In this document: positions 63,916 through 64,000 of the stretch, piece by piece
How the letters are laid out: the number at the start of each line of letters is the position of its first letter
How positions within the stretch are numbered: the first letter of the stretch is position 1
Source of the DNA: Macrostomum lignano
Lineage: Eukaryota
Direction: 5' to 3'
Assembly (NCBI GenBank): GCA_002269645.1
Contig: NIVC01000401.1
Location: forward strand, 124,001-188,000
Length of the DNA stretch: 64,000 bases
Notes under the pieces: generated by a model
What the model was told of the DNA's origin: nothing
Seen by the model: the letters and a program-made list of their open reading frames with translations, nothing else
The model's database searches: none
Made by a program: the position numbers and the translations under genes

Positions 63916-64000
63916 GTGAGAGTCTGGTTGTAGTACGGGATCGACAGGGTCATTTTGTGGTGTCCGTGAGGGTCTGACTGACCTCTCCTTCTACCGTGTC

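Overview
Repeat-saturated invertebrate genomic DNA. The GC-rich exons, short GT-AG introns and dozens of unrelated minisatellites suggest a free-living flatworm such as Macrostomum; this is inference, not a database result. Three protein-coding genes are supported: (1) a single-exon Sp5/buttonhead-type C2H2 zinc-finger factor (+, 13950-15032) inside a ~39-kb stretch with no other recognisable gene; (2) clathrin light chain (-, three coding exons, 47093 to 40000); (3) the first eight coding exons of a neurobeachin/LRBA BEACH-family gene (+, from 54461, running off the window), divergent from the clathrin gene. The rest is about 30 tandem arrays (several with higher-order structure), MITE, SINE and Helitron-like elements, and an AT-rich block at about 43.3-54.4 kb. 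The most unusual signal is two small inverted-repeat-bounded elements (45195-45471 and 50087-50352). Each carries the same 64-bp diverged copy of the 28S rRNA H68-H71 segment (the R2/Pokey/I-PpoI target site), most altered at the cleavage core and joined to splice-site-like motifs. Also notable are an eh1-type Groucho motif in the Sp5 protein and a tandem array of about 20 AP-1 sites. All long ORFs over the arrays are periodicity artefacts. Array boundaries and copy numbers are estimated by eye.
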